The notes under the pieces: model-generated
What the model saw: only the letters and a program-made list of their open reading frames with translations
The model's database searches: none
Told to the model about the DNA's origin: nothing
Part shown: positions 59,444 through 64,000 of the stretch, piece after piece
Position numbering within the stretch: the stretch's first letter is position 1
Layout of the letters: each line of letters starts with the position of its first letter
Program-made: the position numbers and the translations under genes
Assembly: GCA_040218735.1 (NCBI GenBank)
Contig: JAVJQW010000022.1
Coordinates: forward strand, 139,901 to 203,900
Direction: 5' to 3'
Length of the DNA: 64,000 nucleotides
Origin: Deltaproteobacteria bacterium
GTDB lineage: Bacteria > Myxococcota > Kuafuiibacteriia > Kuafuiibacteriales > Kuafuiibacteriaceae

Positions 59444-61180
59444 ATGTCAGGCACCTCGAACGTCACCGGCACCAACCCGAACCGCTTCTTTCAGATCGAT
59501 CGCATCGAGCAAAACGACCGCATTCAGCTCCAGGACGAGGGCCGGCAGGCCGTCGAGGACCTCGCGGAAGAGGTCGCCGGGCCGGCTTCGCAGCGCCCCA
59601 CGACCCAGACCGCGGCCGACGCGCGCGCCGCCATCGCGTTCGATCCGACGACGCAGCAGATCGTCGCGGGCCTCGACGCCATGCCGACGGCGGAGCTGAA
59701 CGACGACGGGACGTTCACGGTCACGGGCACCGAGGGCGACGACCAGATCCTGGTCGAGGAGCGCGACGACGTGGTGTCGGCGTACTACACCGACGCCGAC
59801 GGCGAGCAGCACCTCATCGGCTCCGCGGACGCGTCCGAGGTGGAGCGTGTCGAGGTGAACGCCGGCGAGGGCGACGACGTGATCGTCAACGACGCCGACG
59901 CGGCGACGCTCGACGCGGGCGAGGGCGACGACGTCGTCATCAACACGCAGGGCGGCGCGACGATCGCGGGCGGCGACGGCAGCAACGAGATCTACAACTC
60001 GGGCGACGACGTTACGATCGCCGCGGGTGAAGACGTGGACAGCACCGACGCCGTCTTCAGCGCGGGCGACGGGGTCACGATCGACTACGCCAACGGCGGC
60101 GGGCACAACGTCGCGAGCATCGGCAACGACGGGACGATCGGCGTGAACGGCGACGGCGCGAACGTGAACGTCGTCGGCGACGGTAACGCCGTGAACCTCG
60201 GCGGGTCGACGAGCTTCGCGACGGTGCAGGGCGACACAAATGCGATCACCAGCGACGTCGGCGGCAACGCGGTCGCGGTGGCGGGCGACGGCAACGCGAT
60301 CGACCTCGCGGTCGGCGGCAACCTCACGGAGATCGTGGGCGACCAGAACGTGTTCGTCGGCGACGACCCGGCGGGCATCGCGCTCGCGAACTTCGATGAG
60401 CTCGACGTGGACGGCGACGGCTTCCTCCGCGCCGAGGAGCTCGCGCAGGTCCCGGGCGGCGAGGCGCTGGTCGAGGCGAGCGATGCGCTGATGTTCGGAT
60501 CGATCGAGTCGGGCAACGAGGCGTGGCACGGCGTGTCGCGCGCGGACCTCGAGCAGGTGAACGCGATGATCGCCGAGGACCCGTCGCTGTCTGTCGACGA
60601 CGTGGCGCAGCAGCTGCGCGAGTCGTCTTGGCTCGGGCAGCGCATCGCGGCGGGGGGCGACGAGGTGACGGCGGAGTCGTTCTCGGCGGCGGTCGCGGAG
60701 TACCGCGGGAGCCACGAGGTCGACGCGATCGACGGGCTCGCGCCGCTGGAGCTGGACCCGAACGTCGTGAGCCTGTGGGGCGACGGCAACGGCGTCGCGG
60801 CGACGGCGCCGAACACCTGGGTGCAGCTCGCGGGCAACGGGAACAACGTCGCGCTCGGCGGCGACATGAGCGCGGTGTTCGGTACCGGCGACGCGAACCA
60901 GATTGCGCTGGCGGGCGAGCAGTCGCTCGCGGCGTTCGCCGGCAACATGAACGGCGTGCTGTCGGGCGGCGGCAACGCGATCCTCGGCTTCGGGAACGGC
61001 AACGAGGTCGAGAGCGTCGGTGAGGACCAGGTGTTCCTCGACGGCGGGTACAACTTCTACAACGGCGAGCTGCAGATGCCGTTGCTCCCGTACTTCACTT
61101 CGATGGGGCCGGACTTCGGCTACTCCGAGGAAGAGCTCATGCAGATGCTGTTCGCGCAGAGCGGGCAGGGGGCCTGGTGA
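59444..61180 (+). CDS. Acidic G/D/N-rich beta-roll/RTX-like protein with EF-hand
   Basis: From ATG 59444: AGEGDDVI repeats, many GDGNxVxL units, FDELDVDGDGFLRAEEL; no signal peptide seen. Confidence 0.75.
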   Translation: MSGTSNVTGTNPNRFFQIDRIEQNDRIQLQDEGRQAVEDLAEEVAGPASQRPTTQTAADARAAIAFDPTTQQIVAGLDAMPTAELNDDGTFTVTGTEGDDQILVEERDDVVSAYYTDADGEQHLIGSADASEVERVEVNAGEGDDVIVNDADAATLDAGEGDDVVINTQGGATIAGGDGSNEIYNSGDDVTIAAGEDVDSTDAVFSAGDGVTIDYANGGGHNVASIGNDGTIGVNGDGANVNVVGDGNAVNLGGSTSFATVQGDTNAITSDVGGNAVAVAGDGNAIDLAVGGNLTEIVGDQNVFVGDDPAGIALANFDELDVDGDGFLRAEELAQVPGGEALVEASDALMFGSIESGNEAWHGVSRADLEQVNAMIAEDPSLSVDDVAQQLRESSWLGQRIAAGGDEVTAESFSAAVAEYRGSHEVDAIDGLAPLELDPNVVSLWGDGNGVAATAPNTWVQLAGNGNNVALGGDMSAVFGTGDANQIALAGEQSLAAFAGNMNGVLSGGGNAILGFGNGNEVESVGEDQVFLDGGYNFYNGELQMPLLPYFTSMGPDFGYSEEELMQMLFAQSGQGAW

Positions 61181-61971
61181 TGATCGAAGCGCACCTGTCG
61201 AAGCACCTCGGGCGCCCGCGTCGGGTCATGACGATGAAGAAGGGGGCGTCCTCGCCGTCCGCGATCCGTTCGCTGACGTTTGCGCAGTTCGCGCCGGGCG
61301 GACCGCGAAAGCCGGTCGTGTACGCGACGGTCGGCGGGTGTCAGCACCGGATGGACGACGGGCGCCGGATCGAGGCGATCGCGATCTTCAAGGCCGAGCC
61401 GCGTGGCGTTCAGGCGGTCGCGGTGCGGGAGCTGTTGGCTTCGGTGGTGTTGACGCCCGAGGCGTGTGGTCGCGCGCTGCGCTTCGGTGACGTGGTGGAT
61501 GCGCCGAAGGTGTTCGGGCCGGCGGGCCTGCGGATGACGGCGGTGCTGGTGCTGCCGCCGATGACGTTCGCGAAGCCGTTCCACCGCGCGCGGGTCGGCG
61601 AGGAGACGGTGGACTTGGTATGGGCGGTGCCGGTCTTCGCGGAGGAGGCGGCCTACGCGCGCGCGCACGGGACCGCGGCCTTCGTCGAACAGTGCGCCGC
61701 GCAGAAGGTGGACCTCACGGACCTGAAGCGGCGCGCGGCGGACGTGACGATGACGCGGGAGCAGGCGCGGACCGCGGCGTACACGGAGACGGTGGCGCGG
61801 TTGTCGGCGGTGGGGGCCGCGGGACGGCGGTCGGCAGGGACGGGCGCGGGACGGCGGTCGGCAGGGACGGGCCCGGAACGCCCGTCGGTGGTGAAGCCGC
61901 GGCGGGTGGCGGCGACGACGCCCGCCCTCGAGCTCGCGAAGCGCCCGGTCCGCGCGACGCATCGCGTGTAG
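61177..61971 (+). CDS. Suppressor-of-fused (SUFU)-like domain protein
   Basis: IEAHLSKHLG, YATVG, GD, VDLVWAVPVFAEE..YARAHG, DLKRR. Tail has a 27-bp duplication (AGRRSAGTG x2, 61819-61872). Confidence 0.75.
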   Translation: MMIEAHLSKHLGRPRRVMTMKKGASSPSAIRSLTFAQFAPGGPRKPVVYATVGGCQHRMDDGRRIEAIAIFKAEPRGVQAVAVRELLASVVLTPEACGRALRFGDVVDAPKVFGPAGLRMTAVLVLPPMTFAKPFHRARVGEETVDLVWAVPVFAEEAAYARAHGTAAFVEQCAAQKVDLTDLKRRAADVTMTREQARTAAYTETVARLSAVGAAGRRSAGTGAGRRSAGTGPERPSVVKPRRVAATTPALELAKRPVRATHRV

Positions 61972-62388
61972 TCACCTTCGTCAGTGATGGCTTGCGTATG
62001 TCGCGAGCCGAGTTTCGTGCCTGGTGCCGGCGTGAGGAGAGCGCATACCGGGCGTACGCAACCGACGACGACGATTGCCGAAGGTGGCGCGGGCAGCAGG
62101 CGCGACAGGCGGCCGCGAGATACGTGAGGAATCGCTGACGCAGGTGACTACGGGCCGCTAAGGGGCCGCAATCGGCAGAGTGAATCGGCTGCGGCTCTCA
62201 TCCGGCGACGGCGCGAATTTCGATGTGCGGCGCCGACCATGCTGTGCGCCGACGTGACGGAACGCCGCGATCGCAACGCCGTGCTTCGCCTGCAGTGAGG
62301 GGGGAGGGGCCACGGGCGCTCGCGTCCGAATGCCCGCGCGGGCGACGACGCCAGCCCTCGCTCGACCGGTGAGGCCCTCCGCCTGACC

Positions 62389-63147
62389 GACATGGCCCGG
62401 GCCGGGCGACTCGCGCTGCGCGATGTTCAGGCTCGGTGGGGCCTGCATCGAGCGGGACATGGCCCGGGCCGGGCGACTCGCGCTGCGCGACGTTCAGGCT
62501 CGGTGGGCCCTGCATCGAACGGGACATGGCCCAGGCCGGGCGACTTGCGCTGCGCGATGTTCAGGCTCGGTGGGCCCTGCATCGAACGGGACATGGCCCG
62601 GGTCGGGCGACTCGCGCTGCGCGATGTCAGGCTCAGTGGGCCGTGCATCGAACGGACATGGCCCATGGCCGGGCGACTTGCGCTGCGCGATGTCCAGCCT
62701 CGGTGGGCCCTGGATCGAACGGGACATGGCCCGGGCCGAGCGACTTGCGCTGCGCGACGTTCAGCCTCGGTGGGTCCAGCCTCGAACGGAGATGGCCCAG
62801 GCCGCGCGACTCGCGCTGCGCGATGTCCAGCCTCGGTGGGTCCTGGATCGAACGGGACATGGCCCGGGCCGGGCGACTCGCGCTGCGCGATGTTCAGCCT
62901 CGGTGGGCCCTGCGTCGAACGGACATGGCCCAGGCCGGGCGACTTGCGCTGCGCGATGTCAGCCTCGGTGGGCCCTGCATCGAATGGGACATGGCCCGGG
63001 TCGGGCGACTCGCGCTGCGCGAAATTCAGCCTCGGTGGGCCCTGCATCGAACGGACGTGGCCCGGGCCAGGCGACTCGCGCTGCGCGATGCTCAGCCTCG
63101 GTGGGCCCTCGATCGCACGGGACATGGCCAAGGCCGGGCGACCGCGC
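62389..63147. repeat. Tandem array of 11 full plus 1 partial 65-68-bp palindromic repeats, non-coding
   Basis: Consensus GACATGGCCCGGGCCGGGCGACTCGCGCTGCGCGATGTTCAGCCTCGGTGGGCCCTGCATCGAACGG; units start at 62389, 62456, 62523, 62590, 62655, 62723, 62789, 62856, 62922, 62988, 63054, 63121. Confidence 0.95.
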
Positions 63148-63158
63148 CTCACGCCGAC

Positions 63159-64000
63159 TCAGCCGCCGTGAGGCTCCCGATTCCAGGGACCCTGACCAGT
63201 CCGGGCGGCTCTCGCCGCACGGATCCGCCGTGCGATGAAGCCGTGGCCCTGGACCTCCCGGGCCGCGTGCAGGTTGTGGGCGCGACAGAGCAAGCGCAGC
63301 TCCCCGACTACGCTCTTGGCGCCCAGCGCGCGCCCGCCCACGTGATCGAACTCGAGGTTCGATCGTTCGCTGCATCGCCGACCGTCCGGGCTGACGTACG
63401 TGCACCGCGCGCCGTCTCGCTCGACGACCGCGCGGCGCGTCGCCGCCGGGACGTACGCTGCGCCCGCCGGCGCATCCTCGGCGGGTTTCGAGCGCGGACG
63501 ACTCGTCTTTCCGTTCTTCTTCCGCTCCAGCTTGTCCACGTAGAGCGAGAGCGCCGCTTCGAAGATCTCCCCGATGTCCGTCCCAGGCGGGGTGAGTTCC
63601 TTGGCGCGATCCAAGAGCGCGTTCGCTTCGGCGCTCCCGTCGAAGCGAAAAGCGAACGTGTCGGGCGTCGCCGCCTCGACGCGGTCGTCACTGCTCTTCG
63701 CGCCGGGGAACTCGGTAGCGATCAGCATCTCGACTTCAGCCTTGGACTTGTTCTTCGCCTGCTCGACGAGGCTGTGGGCGTTGTCGTCGTTCATGAACTT
63801 CGAGAGCTTCGCGACGCCCGTCATGTGCAACTCGCCGGTCGCGATCATCCCGAAGACCTCGGGCACCCGCCGCGCCGCGCGCACCACGGCGACGCGCCGG
63901 CACGCCTGGTCCTCGGTCAGCCCGAGCCCCTCGACGCAGAACCGAAACAGCGAGCTGAAGCCGCGCTCGACGTAGAGCTTGCGCCGCTCGATCTCCGCCA
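63159..64000 (-). CDS. DUF222-like / HNH endonuclease protein, 5'-truncated by the window end
   Basis: Frame open to the window edge: AEIERRKLYVERGFSSLFRFCVEGLGLTEDQACRRV..AARR.P; C-terminal RDGARCTY...RC...LEFDH...LCRAHN. Confidence 0.88.
   Translation of the reverse strand, partial: AEIERRKLYVERGFSSLFRFCVEGLGLTEDQACRRVAVVRAARRVPEVFGMIATGELHMTGVAKLSKFMNDDNAHSLVEQAKNKSKAEVEMLIATEFPGAKSSDDRVEAATPDTFAFRFDGSAEANALLDRAKELTPPGTDIGEIFEAALSLYVDKLERKKNGKTSRPRSKPAEDAPAGAAYVPAATRRAVVERDGARCTYVSPDGRRCSERSNLEFDHVGGRALGAKSVVGELRLLCRAHNLHAAREVQGHGFIARRIRAARAARTGQGPWNREPHGG

Noticed and set aside
61998-62138. Small ORF MSRAEFRAW... resembling a Uma2 N-terminus
   Set aside because: Only 46 aa, and the similarity is limited to a few residues.
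62389-63147. CRISPR or TIGR-type array
   Set aside because: Units are near-identical over their full length with no unique spacer segments; no cas or Nop-domain gene in the window.
62392-63238. Track ORFs across the 67-bp array
   Set aside because: Unit lengths are mostly not multiples of 3, so translations cycle through all frames; they reflect stop-poor GC-rich repeats.
1-64000. tRNA, rRNA, integrase or prophage genes
   Set aside because: None recognised by eye; tRNAscan-SE or Infernal would be needed to exclude them.

Overview
High-GC bacterial window, most consistent with Myxococcota or a related delta-proteobacterium (FHA-TM-TPR protein, DUF1552/DUF1592 pair, myxobacterial-style ECF sigma, many lipoproteins; inference). 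1-8 kb: surface-polysaccharide genes (rfbA, rfbD, wzm/wzt, DegT aminotransferase, GT4). 8-29 kb: envelope and housekeeping genes (FHA-TPR, PMCA-type Ca2+ ATPase, thioesterase, EgtC-like protein lacking its catalytic Cys, PspA, S9 peptidase, NlpC/P60-TamB-TamA/BamA). 29-40 kb: a co-oriented cluster of trypsin-CARDB protease, Cys-rich lipoprotein, lipoprotein TPR-CHAT (caspase-like) protease, ECF sigma, membrane anti-sigma-like protein and subtilisin lipoprotein, a candidate proteolytic signalling cascade. 41-44 kb: 2Fe-2S/molybdopterin xanthine-dehydrogenase-like gene coupled to rsmG. 44-56 kb: a defence/mobile island. It holds the best candidate for a new system, a soluble winged-helix-like histidine kinase paired with a response regulator fused to an intact Mrr-like PD-(D/E)xK nuclease. 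It also holds a Type ISP restriction-modification enzyme with a C-terminal S24 domain, an orphan YgiT zinc finger, and relics of a DUF4258 toxin, a DDE transposase and HsdR. 56-64 kb: DUF1552/DUF1592 pair, an acidic beta-roll protein with a SUFU-like partner, and 11 non-coding ~67-bp palindromic tandem repeats directly 3' of a DUF222-like HNH gene. All family calls come from motifs read by eye; no searches were run.
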